This document shows positions 1 through 11,500 of a stretch of 64,000 nt of DNA, one piece after another. This DNA is from Rhynchobatus australiae. Lineage: Eukaryota. Position numbers and translations under genes: made by a program. The stretch lies in contig JAUZTB010000087.1 in NCBI GenBank assembly GCA_034780895.1, positions 85,353,411-85,417,410 on the forward strand. The letters run 5' to 3'. The notes beneath the pieces were generated by a model. It was given only the letters and a program-made list of their open reading frames with translations, made no database searches and was not told the DNA's origin. Within the stretch, counting starts at the first letter, position 1, and each line of letters opens with the position of its first letter.

Positions 1-785
1 TAGTTCACTCGAGTTATTTAAAAGAGAGGTAGATACATTTTTGAAAGATGGGGGAATTGAGCGTTATGTGGCTCCATCACAGTGTTGGTTAATTGTAATT
101 GTGCATTCAATGAAGTTGGCTGACAATGCTGTATACTTGATGTCAACTTAAATATTTCATTTCCTTTACTTCTGTTCTCAACAAAAATTTTAAGTTCTCA
201 AATTAAGAATGAACTGAGAAAGCAGCCAAAGGATTTTTACTGCTCATCTATTTTTCAGAAGAGATTTGTTCAGGGAGTAATAAATCCTTGGAAGTGATTT
301 CAAAGCAGTAATCCAATCATAGATGTTTAGATGTTTATCTAAAGTCTGATTAGATTACTGCATTGAAGCATTCCAGTGTTTCTTTGGCAATAGTTTGTTA
401 ATTTCATGGCACCTAGTGCCTGATTTTCAAAGTCAAAGTGCACTAAGTTTATATCAGATGGTATGGAGAGCATCTACATGCAACTTGGAATTTGATGCTG
501 TATTTCATGATTTAGCTCAGTCAAGCAAGATGGACTAGAGGACACTATAGTTACCATCTTTTGGGCTTTCATTTTGTGCAGCATGGGGAGGCAGACTTTT
601 TCATCTGCTGCTGCTACTGCAGGTATAACAGTCTGTGATTAGTTATGACAGAGCAGGGTACCTTTGAGTCAATAGAAATCTTACTTCAGCAAGTGAAGCA
701 TAGAGGGAGATTTCTGTCACCACCAGTTTTCAGCAAGTATAATATAAAGCTTTCCTAATGTAAGTTTTCATCTTTTTCCTAATAG

Positions 786-842
786 AAAATGATCCTGAGT
801 CTGACTTTGGCTGCATTATTTGACAGTATTGCCTATCTAATG
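786..842 (+). CDS. Internal coding exon A of a cAMP-receptor-like (class E/GCR1-like) 7TM receptor, ~TM2: KMILSLTLAALFDSIAYLM
   Basis: Pyrimidine tract and ...cctaatag acceptor; ATG|gtaagt donor; 57 nt, phase 0-0; hydrophobic helix; joins exon B in frame. Confidence 0.85.
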
Positions 843-1544
843 GTAAGTGGATAATAACTTTAATGGACCATACCTGAATTATAGATTTTTTTCAACCTTA
901 AACCTTCAGAACTTAATGTACTATGATTCAGTTTATAATTTATTCTAATACTTTATGTTGTACAGAAATTTTTAACAATTTCTAATTCACTTGCACATTT
1001 TACAAAATAAAAGAAAATATCTGACACTGTGCCCTCCGTTAGATTAAAGTAAGCAGGTATTATGTAATAGATGCAAGCTACATTGCTATGTTTTAGGTTA
1101 ATCGTACTAGAAAGATTTTTAAAAATCTATTCTTAAATGTATTTGTGCTATTACTTACATTTGCTTTTTCGAAATGCTATATCTTTACGTAAGCTCTACA
1201 AGAGGGAATTAAAATTGTGTTTGATGGTGGGCACAGACTCGATGGGCTAAAGGGGGCCTGTTTCCGTCCTGTATCTTTCTGTGACTCTACAACTGCAAGT
1301 TATATAGAAAATTAACCCAAAATATGTATATTTTTAAAAATATATTATTTTATTATTTACCAAATGTTAAAGAAAAATGCCACATTGTGCCAAAGAGTAT
1401 AACCTTTCAAAGTATATTTTTGTAATATAGTACTACAAAGTTTTTGAAAGTTCTAGAATATTTGAATAGTTTCTTATTTCTATTAATTTAATTGTTTTTT
1501 TAACCAAAGTTAAAGTAAATGTATTCTCCTTAGACAGCCCCACG

Positions 1545-1850
1545 TGATTGAGGATAACTTGCTAATCTACTCCAGTTCTTTGGGTGATGAGGTGACCAGC
1601 ACAAAAGGGGCATGTATTGCTTGATGGGGTGGGTGCATAGGTGGATAGTTTGTGAGGTGGTGTGTTCCTTCCGCCATTGACCAGATGGGCTTCTGAGTGG
1701 TCCTCATGAATGGACTCAAGATTAATGCCTTTCTGATAGCTCTTCCTGCATGTTGAGAATGTCATGAGCCATGGATTACCGTAAGTGTAGGGATATTACA
1801 GTTTTTCAGGGAGGCTTTGAAAGTAATATTGAAGGGGTCCGTCTTGCCAT
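1545..1850 (-). mobile_element. Old RTE-clade LINE 3' fragment
   Basis: Resembles the RTE-like copies at 45330 and 57240 (tgaggataacttgct...; gaggctttga...). Confidence 0.45.
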
Positions 1851-1944
1851 GATGTACTTGTGATGCAATATGTATATTTCTCCATATAAAATAATTTGCA
1901 TGCTTTGGAAATTGATTTGGTTTCTGTTCAACTATATGAAGCTC

Positions 1945-2655
1945 TGACATAAAATCAGAAAATGCTTGAAACACTGGGCAGGCCAGGCAGCATTTATAGA
2001 AAGAGACACAGTTAACACTTCAGGTTGAAGATCCTTCATGAGAATTGAGAAAAGGAGAAAGCAAGTTGGTTTTAATTTGCAAAGAGCATGGGGGAGGGAT
2101 GGATAGGACAAAAGGCATGGNNNNNNNNNNNNNNNNNNNNNNNNNNNNNNNNNNNNNNNNNNNNNNNNNNNNNNNNNNNNNNNNNNNNNNNNNNNNNNNN
2201 NNNNNNNNNNNNNNNNNNNNNNNNNNNNNNNNNNNNNNNNNNNNNNNNNNNNNNNNNNNNNNNNNNNNNNNNNNNNNNNNNNNNNNNNNNNNNNNNNNNN
2301 NNNNNNNNNNNNNNNNNNNNNNNNNNNNNNNNNNNNNNNNNNNNNNNNNNNNNNNNNNNNNNNNNNNNNNNNNNNNNNNNNNNNNNNNNNNNNNNNNNNN
2401 NNNNNNNNNNNNNNNNNNNNNNNNNNNNNNNNNNNNNNNNNNNNNNNNNNNNNNNNNNNNNNNNNNNNNNNNNNNNNNNNNNNNNNNNNNNNNNNNNNNN
2501 NNNNNNNNNNNNNNNNNNNNNNNNNNNNNNNNNNCCTGACCTGAAACGTTGACCGCCAGCCTTTCTCCATGGATGCCCCCTGGCCTGCTGAGTTCCTTCA
2601 GCATCATTGTGTTTTTCATCTAGATTCCAGTATCTGCAGTCCTTTGTTTCTCTAG
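1945..2655. mobile_element. Penelope-like terminal repeats in inverted orientation around an assembly gap
   Basis: Left arm aatgcttgaaacactgggcaggccaggcagcatt is roughly the reverse complement of right arm gatgccccctggcctgctgagttccttcagcatc; adjacent to GIY-YIG remnants. Confidence 0.6.
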
Positions 2656-2694
2656 TATTACCACAGTGGACTGGCCAGTTCTGATACAGGCCAG

Positions 2695-3920
2695 AAAAGT
2701 GAGTTACCTGAAGTTATAGAATTCAATATTGGATTGGGAAGACTGCAATATGCCCAGATGGAAGATGGGCTGCTGATCCTCAAGTTTTCCTTAGGCCTCG
2801 TTAAAATAGGATAGGAGGGCACAGACAGGCAGGATACAGTGGGAGGTGGGATGGAAATTTGCAGACACGTGGATGCTTAATGTTGCTCCTGCAAACTGGA
2901 TACTTTTAGTTTCTTCCTTTTTTTTTGGCCTATTTGTTTATTTTTGTAATTTATAGATTTTTATGTCTTTGCACTGTACTGCTACCCCAAAACAACAAAT
3001 TTTATGTCATATGTCAATAATAATAAATGTACTGATTCTGAGGTGTTCTGCAAAGTATTTACCANNNNNNNNNNNNNNNNNNNNNNNNNNNNNNNNNNNN
3101 NNNNNNNNNNNNNNNNNNNNNNNNNNNNNNNNNNNNNNNNNNNNNNNNNNNNNNNNNNNNNNNNGTTCTGCAAAGTATTTACCAAATTTGCATTTGATTT
3201 CTCCAGTGTAGAGGAGACCACATTGTGTGTAACAAGTGCAATACACTAGATTGGAAGAAGTGACAGTGAATCTCTGTTATACCTGGAAGGAGTTAGCAGA
3301 AGTTTTAGAATTCAGTGTTCAATCCAGATGGCTACAATATGTCAATGTGGAAGATGAGGTGTTGTTCCTCAAGCTTGTGTTGGACCTCATAGTAACTGGC
3401 AGATTAGAGTGAGAATGTTGTGGGGAACTAAAGCTCAGGCTCATTCCTGCAGACCAAATGTGGTGTTTTGCAATGCGATTACTCGATCTACATTTGACTT
3501 CTCTAATACAGACAAGACCACATTATGAAAACAGAATGCAGACCAGTAGATTGGAAGAAGTGCAAGTAAATCACTGCTTCACCTGGAAAGATTGATCGAA
3601 TCCCTGGATGGTGGGAAAGGAAGAGGTGTCACATTTCTTGTAGTTGCATGCTACAAGTAGAGGAGTGGTTGGGGAAGATGGAAAAGCATACCAGGAATTG
3701 TGAAAGGAATGGTCCTTTTGAAATACTGCAATGGGAAGGGAAGATGTGTTTGGTGGTGGAATTTTTTTTGAAGGTGGTGGAAATGTGAAGGATGATGTAT
3801 TGAATGTGAAGACAGATAGGGTGAAAGGTGTGGACCGTGGAGCTCTGTCCAGGAGGAGAAGAACTGAGAGCAGTGGTGCAAGAAATAGATGAGAATGGGC
3901 CAAGGGCTCTATCAATATCT
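2695..3920 (-). mobile_element. Two tandem decayed Penelope-like GIY-YIG endonuclease fragments, the first interrupted by a Rex/Babar-type tail
   Basis: Recurring gaccacatt...tagattggaagaagtg blocks at ~3217-3262 and ~3516-3562; similar to the GIY-YIG copy at 14988-15290. Confidence 0.6.
2905..3041 (+). mobile_element. Rex/Babar-type LINE 3' tail
   Basis: tgcactgtactgct...aaaacaacaaatttt...aataaa...tgattctga; a reverse-complement copy lies at ~34991-35042. Confidence 0.5.
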
Positions 3921-3985
3921 ACTACAACCAATATCTGTAGTTTTTTGATTTTTATTTACTGTATGAAACTTTGCCTTTGATACAG

Positions 3986-4046
3986 GGAGAAGTTATCCCG
4001 GATGGTGCCCTGTGCAACTTTCAAGCCTGGTGGCTTACGTACTTTG
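3986..4046 (+). CDS. Exon B of the 7TM receptor, ECL1/top of TM3: GEVIPDGALCNFQAWWLTYF(D)
   Basis: ...tttgatacag acceptor; TTTG|gtgagt donor; 61 nt, phase 0-1; carries the TM3-top Cys in a CxFQ motif. Confidence 0.9.
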
Positions 4047-5869
4047 GTGAGTAGTGTGCTTCTTTTTGTGTACAGAAACCTAAAACTTGTCATACTGATT
4101 TCTAATATTATTTACACATAATAAACAAATCTTTGTGTATTTTCTTCTCTTTCTGATGTATATATTTGGAAACATCTTTTGTTCATCTCAATATGCTGGA
4201 ATTGCAATCTGCTAGAGTTTAATGAAATGTCTTCTTGGTCTTTTCATTTGTTACAGTGAGGTACAGTATGCAAGTATCTTTTGTAGCAGATTGTGTAGCT
4301 TTATTGCTTCTGTAATTCATTAACATTTCTGCATCACTATAAGCTTTTTGTGCCTAAAAGCACTCTTGGCAATTCTTAATCTTTATTACTACGTTTGGCA
4401 TGTAATATGGAAAATTTTTATGAGCTTTATTATATGTTTTTGTAATGCTTGGTTAAATGTTACATAGTGGGCTACATTCCAACAGAGACCATTTTTCGAG
4501 GAATGAAAGGGTGCATCTGGAGAAATATGCATTGTCACTTTCGCAATCCTGGAAGGATATGATAACAGTAGCAATGAATACTGCTTATAATAAATAGATA
4601 TTTTATGACGTATAGATATTTCAATCAAACACTGTGAACAAAGTGTAAAGGATTCCAGGAGAGGCCAAGGGACATGGTACATAGAACAGTACAGCACAGG
4701 GACAGGCCTTTTGGCCCACAATGTCACAACATAACATGATGATGAATTGAACTAATTTTCTTCTGGCACAGGGATGTAAAAGGAATGCAGCAGAGAGAGG
4801 TACAGGGAGCTTAAAAGGAATGTGATAAATAGAACCCCTGGGCCTCAGGTTATTATTTTTTTCTAGATGAAGATGGTGACAAAGAGATTTGCCCTCTCTC
4901 CTGTAGGATGAATCTACTCCCATCCACAGGAAAGTGGCATGCTGGGACCCTGTAGGAAATCATAGTTTGCCTACGTTGGGCAGCACCATAAGAGGAGCTG
5001 AAGATTCTCTTGGACTTTTTGAGAGAGGTTGGGTTGTTGTGGGTTAGGCTGCAGGTTTTGGGTGGGATAACTGCTGAGACCAGGTAGAGGCAGACAATTG
5101 GAAAAGTGGGAAGCTTCATTCTTTAGAGAGAGAGAGAGAGCTATCAGCAGCTGGGAATTGGGCAGCAGTAAGGGTGGAGTGCATCTGTGGGATTCAAGAG
5201 AGAAAGGAAGAGTTAATAAGCTAAGCAGGATGGAAATGAGTAGAGAGAGTGTGAACAGAGAGGGACTGGAACCAAGGGAGTGGGGAGACTGAGGAAGATG
5301 GTTAAGAGTCTTAGAAATAGGGAGACTGAGGGAGAAGTACTGAGAAAGAGCTGGTAAGATTATCTGTGTTCGTGATAAGTGGGAGATCAAAGTACCTTTG
5401 TGGACTTTGTGTATATTGTGCATGCATGTGTGTCTGTGTGCATGTGCTTAGTCTGGGTAGCAGAGCCTGGTCTCCAATTGTCTTGGACCTCCTTACCATA
5501 GGACCTTGCTTTGTCAGGATCTTGGAGATGCGGGTGTGCAATCCCATGTTTTAATAAAAATTCAAACACTGGTACTTCCACTCCTCATTGGAAGCAAGTT
5601 ATCCTCAATACTGAAGGTCTGCCTAAGTAGAAGATATACAGCCATCTATGCATGATATTCACATGTTGTAAATCCTCTGCATTCTGCTTGCATGCATTGT
5701 AGATAACTGCAGGTTTCAGTTGTAGTTATTTATCTATAATTTAGCGCAAACCTTTTGAGACTAATATTTTTTAATATTTTTTAAAATATGTAATTAACAC
5801 TTAAATGTTTTACAATGGCACAGACGATTGATGAGTTTAATGAAATGTCTTATTATTCTTTTCTTTCGT

Positions 5870-6190
5870 AGAATCATTGAGTCAAACGGCACAAAAGCAA
5901 GGCCATTTGGCCCACTGAGTCTTTGCTAGTTCTAAGGCATCAATTTACACTACTCCCATCTTCTCCCAACATTACCATCAATTTCCCCCCAGCTTCCACC
6001 TCCCACCTACAAACCAGGGGCAATATGCATTTGCCAATTAACCTATGAACCCNNNNNNNNNTAGGGTGTAGGAAGAAATTGGAACACTCAGAGGAGACCC
6101 ATGCAGTTACAATGAGAACATGCAAACAGACAGCACTGGTGGTGGGGATTGAACCTGGGTCACTGGAGCTGCATCATCATGCCACCCCTG
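5870..6190 (-). mobile_element. tRNA-derived V-SINE with CR1-type tail (HE1-like)
   Basis: Minus-strand B-box (gggattgaacctggg on +), V-core (ggaacactcagaggagacccatgcag on +), CR1 tail (aggccatttggccc on +). Confidence 0.7.
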
Positions 6191-6954
6191 GAGATGACTG
6201 GAATACTTTTTGTTTTGTCTGCAGTCAAAAAATTATTCTTTTTCATCATATTACTTTTTAACCTTCTTTTGTTGAAGCATAAAGACTTGTGAGAATCAAT
6301 GTATGGATAGTATAAATGCTACATTTAACAGCTCTGTCTTGAATTAATGATCTCACTAAGTAGCAGCTTTTTTGGATTATTATAGAAAAGGTAAAGGTTA
6401 AGGAGATAGGAGATGGGAAGTTACAAAGTGATGAGGATTGTTTCTGGTTAGAGAAGGGAATTAGTGGCTGGTTTTAAAAGTGTGGATGCATTTTTTGAGG
6501 TAAGCTAAAATTTAAAATGTATTTGACACGGGAACCAGGAAGGTAAATTGGTGGCTGGCTCTATTGTTAAATGGATCAAAGGGACAAGAGGTGTGAATGC
6601 TGAAGTGGAAAACTTACCAGATTCTCAAAAATCAGTAGAGAATACATATTCAACAGAAAGTGGCATTGAAGATGGATGTTAGCGTTGATTGTCCAAGAAA
6701 AATACACTTTTCTGTCAAATATGGAATGTTGCAAGAGAACCAATCTTCATGGTCTAAGTATTAGTAGATGTTGTTGAAGGTTGTCTCCTCTTGGATACAG
6801 TTTCCTTCCCCTTCACATCTGCTATTATCTTCCCTCCTCCCTAGAAAGAACACCAATGACTCCTCCTTGCCAGAGGTGAGAACTTGAGAATGCTTTGAGC
6901 AGGGATGGAGGCAAAATTAGATATGGAAGGTAATAGATTAGGAAGTAATAAATA

Positions 6955-7250
6955 CTAGAAACAGCATTGGGCCATTCAGCTCTTCATTCTGGACCTCCAT
7001 TCAGTAAGATCATAGCTAATATTTCATGTTAGTGCTACTTTCCTGCATTAACCCCATATCGCTTGATTTTCTTAATATCTAAAAATATGTCAATCTCTAA
7101 CTTGAATAGCCTCAGCATCTAAGCCTCCATGGTTCTCTTGGGTAGTGAAGGAATTCCTTCTCATGTCTGTCCTGAGTGGCCAACCCCTTACTTTGAGAGT
7201 CTCAAAATAACTCTGATCCCTGATTCTAAATCCCTCAGCCAAGGGGAAAC
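6955..7250 (-). mobile_element. CR1 LINE 3' fragment
   Basis: gggccattcagctc...ccattcagtaagatcatagct...tgcattaaccccatatc: reverse complement of a CR1 3' end. Confidence 0.6.
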
Positions 7251-8869
7251 ATTAACACCAAAGGTATAGAGGGTACAGAACTTTTGAAATGCATTCTTGA
7301 AAATGTTCTTGGCAGGCAACAATTGAGGGGGCAGTTTTGGACATGGGAATGAAACTGAGGCTTAGAAATATTTTATTAAAGGCGTACTTGAAATGACTTA
7401 TAAAATGTAAATCAGCCAGACCAGTGGAGAATATTCAATTTAGAGATGGTGAGAGTTCATAGAAATACATTACCATATAGGAAAAAGATGGGATTCCCAA
7501 TACTTAGAGTTCCTGAATGAAAAAGAACATACAAGTTAGGATAATGTGTTGAAAGAAAGCATGTAAAATTCTGAGGGTGTAGAAAGTCAAGAGAAGAACA
7601 GAAAATGTGGAGCTGAAATTAAAGCCAATATGAAGGCAGACAAAGTGCAGGAAAAACATTGCCAAGAATGTTTTAAAACATAAAAGGCAGGTGGGTAACA
7701 AAGGAAAGACCTTGGGCCTGTCCAAAACTGAAAGTTTAACCTGAGTGTGGTGAGAAACATGGCTGTGGTCATAAATGAATATTTAGTTTCTGCCTTCATG
7801 AAGGTACTCTTAAAATCATTGTAGTTAAAGAGGAAGAGTTACTAGAAAGGATAAATGTGATATTAAGCACATCCTGAGTCATGTAAAAAGTCAGAAAAAT
7901 CTTCCGTATCTGCACTATCATGCATTTTAAGCAGTAGAAGCAGAGTAAGTGATAAGTACTTCTGTTCCTGATCCATTCCAGTGTGGTTTTTAGTTGTCAT
8001 CTATCTACAATATTCCTTGCTTCAGCAGTAGTGGTCAATAAACTGCTTTGTTCTCCTGGTACTGTTTCATCTATTTAAATGTTCATAAATGGAATTCATG
8101 TATGGAATCTAATATAGGAGGAAGAAATACTCATCCGTTGAAAGTCCATATGCCAGTAAATACTTCTTCACAACTTGATCCAGAATGCTGAAAGTTACAA
8201 AGCAGAGAATAGATTGTCTAAATGCAGACTATGATGATAGCAACCATATCTTTGCTTCATTGTTTTGTTTGGATGTTGTTACATTAGTGAAATGCTTAGT
8301 GGCACACAGGAATCCATAAAAAGGCTTTGCACAAGGATTCTTCATTTTCACTTTATGACATGAAACTTTGCGGCTGTTTTTTCCTATTCCAACTTTTGTG
8401 TGGTTATAAATATCCGTACTGTTCCTTTGCTGGAGGAACATTGTTGAGGATAAGGTCAAAAATAGTTAACCTATTGACTCTTTATGAATGAGATGGCATA
8501 CTGTATCACAGCAGCCTTACTGACTTTGGCCTTTTTAGGAATACCTCATTTATCTTTCCCAGAAAGCTGTATGAGAAACATGAAGAGAAAACTGATAGGG
8601 ATAGCAGGAAAAAGAATATAAGTAAGAAATGATGTGAAGGGGAAGAACGTGAACAGGAACTTGGAGTGGGAATAGTGGAAAATTGAAGGGAAAAGGGAGA
8701 ATGTGTAACCAGAATTAGAGGGAATTAAAGGTATGTGTGAATCATAAATAGCGAGTAGAGGACTGACCATAAATGAAAATTAGTGTTTAAACTAAAATGA
8801 AAGAGGTATATAAAATTATAAGAGGCATATATACAGTAAACAGTAAGAATCTTTTTTTGTATCAAGAAC

Positions 8870-9172
8870 AAGAGAGCATAGGTGAGAAGAAGGGGTTTTA
8901 AAGGGGATTTGAGGGGCAAGTTTTTCACACACAATGGTTGCTGTTTGGAACTCGCTGCTAGAAGAAGTGCTGGAACCAGATATAATCACTATGTTTAGAG
9001 GACACTTAGATGGGGATATTTACATAGGCACTTGCAGCGGCAAGACATAGAAAGACATGGACCTAGTGCAGGCCAAAGGGATTAGTGTAGATGGGCAAAA
9101 AGGTCAGCATGGATGTAACAGGCTGAAAAATCTGTTTCTGTGCTGTACAACTCCACGACTACATGATTCTAT
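8870..9172 (+). mobile_element. CR1 LINE 3' end
   Basis: ttttcacacacaatggttgctgtttggaactcgctgcta (FTQRVV..WNxLP-like), ending in ...gattctatga. Confidence 0.7.
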
Positions 9173-9729
9173 GAATGCAATCAAAGAGTACAAACTAGAA
9201 GGAAAATGAGAGAAAGAAAACCACGTGGGATGTGAAAAAAAGAGAGAAACTAGAGAAAGCAAAAGGAAAGAAAAACTGTGGAGACATAGAGGGAAGATAA
9301 ACAGATGAGAAGGAACAGAAAGCAACATTCATGCAAGATAGGGAGAGGCACAAGGAGATAGAAAGAGACATATTGATAGAAGAGAGAAACTGAATAAAGA
9401 AGCAAAAGGGGTGAGAGGAAAGGTAGGAGGGAAAAGAAGAGAGAGATGAAAATGCACTAATGAGAAAAGAATGAAAGGTGGAAGGTAATGAGCAGACAGT
9501 GGCAGAGTTTCTCCCTCTCCCCGTCCCCAANNNNNNNNNNNNNNNNNNNNNNNNNNNNNNNNNNNNNNNNNNNNNNNNNNNNNNNNNNNNNNNNNNNNNN
9601 NNNNNNNNNNNNNNNNNNNNNNNNNNNNNNCTGCCCGAGACTTGTTGGTCTTCCAGCACTGCGAGATGTCCATAGGGGAATGTGCCAGTCCGCACTGAAG
9701 CTGAGTGAAATCAATCGAAATTGGGGAAA

Positions 9730-10100
9730 TTGCTCCAATTTCAATGTGACCTGAAGAGCTGTCAGGGTTGGGCTGGTATGTGATGAGTAACATTTACACC
9801 ACATCACAGACATGGCAGCCATTTACTATCTTTTACAACAGGTAATCTAACCATTTTCCCAAGACATTTAATGACATTGCTATGATCCGATCCACCATAA
9901 ACAACATCCTGAGGGTAACTATTGACCAGAAAATTAATTGAGTTTAGGCACTTGACTACCATGGCTACTTGAGCACATCAGGTGGTCAGCTGGGACTGGT
10001 GATATACATCCTGCCTCCTTAAAACCTTTTTACCACCAACAAGGCTCAAGTTAGGAGTGTGATATAATGGTACTCACTTGGATAAGTGCAGCATCAACTA
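9730..10100 (+). mobile_element. Ancient CR1/L2-group LINE reverse transcriptase fragment
   Basis: aacatcctgagggtaactattgaccagaaa (NILxVTIDQK) and aaggctcaagttaggagtgtg (KAQVRSV); same family as 42470-43760. Confidence 0.55.
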
Positions 10101-10239
10101 CATACATGATGATAAGGGGGATTCAAAACAGAGTTGATGGTCAGCTATGAAGATAAAGAAATTGTATTTATTTTGAACTGTTCACTTGCACAAGACAGCA
10201 TGTGGAAAATTTTATCCCCACTGCCAAATTGTTGTGAAA

Positions 10240-10465
10240 TACATCAGCTAATTTCCCATAAGCAGCAATGTGTATTTGTTTTGGTAGTGTTGGTTGAGAG
10301 TGAAAACGTTAGCCAGATGACCTAGAGAAGTTCCCTTCTCCAAGTAGTATCAAGAGGTCTTTGCCAATCATCTAGGTTTAACAGTTTGCCTTAAAGAAGC
10401 CATCCTGATGATGTAAACTTCCACAGTTCTGTAATGTAGTTGCTGCCTAGATTATGTGCTTGAAT
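10240..10465 (-). mobile_element. Deu-domain SINE (SacSINE/AmnSINE-like) fragment
   Basis: Reverse complement matches the Deu-core layout seen at 61922-62130. Confidence 0.5.
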
Positions 10466-10484
10466 CAAAAAACAAAAAAAAACT

Positions 10485-11080
10485 GTAGATACTGAAAACC
10501 TTGAAATAAAAAGCTAGGATTTTGGAAATATCTAGTAAGTCAGCAGCATCTGTGATGAGAAAAACAGAATTATCTTTACATCGACAGCAGGAAAACTTAG
10601 AAATTAAACATGTTTAAGTGCAGTAATTGGTGAAGGACAGAGAGAACAAAGGGGCTGTCTGTAATAAGGCAGAGACCAAGAAAGACTGAATGGCTCAAGT
10701 GGCGGTGGTGCTTGCTGAGAGAGACTGCTGCAGACTTTTTTTTGCTCTCCTAGTTTTTATCATCTGCTTTTATTTACATCTTCTCCAAACAGATCATCCA
10801 CAATTAAGAAGCCTCCGCAATCCTCTCTCAGCCAACATTGCAACTACTTGCGTCACTTTGTCTCTTTTGTCTCCACCCCTTCACAGACATTCCCTTTAAT
10901 ATCTCCAACCTCCTCCCTCTAATCTCACTCCACCTCAATTCTCTGCAACTTAAAATATATTTAATTTCTAACTTTTACTATTTTGATGAAAGATCATGAA
11001 TCTGAAGAATTTTCACTATTTCTCTCTTGATAAATGCTTCCTGACCTGTTGAATATTTCAAGTATTATCTCTTTTTATAT
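10485..11080. mobile_element. Fold-back of two inverted Penelope-like terminal repeats
   Basis: ttagaaattaaacatgtttaagtgca (~10597) pairs with tgcaacttaaaatatatttaatttctaa (~10944); outer arms also match. Confidence 0.6.
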
Positions 11081-11161
11081 CCTTGAGTATCTAGAGAGGT
11101 ACTTGAGTTCCTGACCTGATTAAGAGTCAAGGCTGCTGCCACTACTGGCAGTACATTGCTA

Positions 11162-11500
11162 TGGGCAGCAGAGTAGTGTAGCTAGTAGAGCTGCTCCCCC
11201 ACAGTTCTAGAGACTCAGGTTTGATCCTGACCTTTGGTGTTGTCAGTGTGAAGTTTGCACATTCACCCTGTAGCCACCTGGGTCTCCTCTGGGTTTTGCA
11301 GCTTCCTCCTATATCATGAAGACATGTGGGTTGGTTAATTGACCTCTGTAAGTTGCTAGTAGTTGGTGATAGAATCTATGGGGAGTAGCAGGTAATGTGG
11401 AGATATTAAAAATAAAATTAGTATAAGTGGGTGCCTGATGGTCAGCATGAACTTGGTGGGCTGAAGGGCCTGTTTACACGCTGAATGATTCTGACTATGA
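11162..11500 (+). mobile_element. tRNA-derived V-SINE with CR1-type tail
   Basis: A-box-like agtagtgtagctagtag, B-box-like ggtttgatcc, V-core ctgggtctcctctggg...cttcctcc, tail gggctgaagggcctgttt...gattctgactatga. Confidence 0.7.

Noticed and set aside
250-280. Possible upstream exon after tttttcag (AAG AGA TTT GTT CAG)
   Set aside because: No GT donor at the phase-0 position needed to join exon A.
8560-9500. Purine-rich tracts giving hydrophobic F/L/S-rich minus-strand ORFs
   Set aside because: Low-complexity composition effect with no motifs or splice support.
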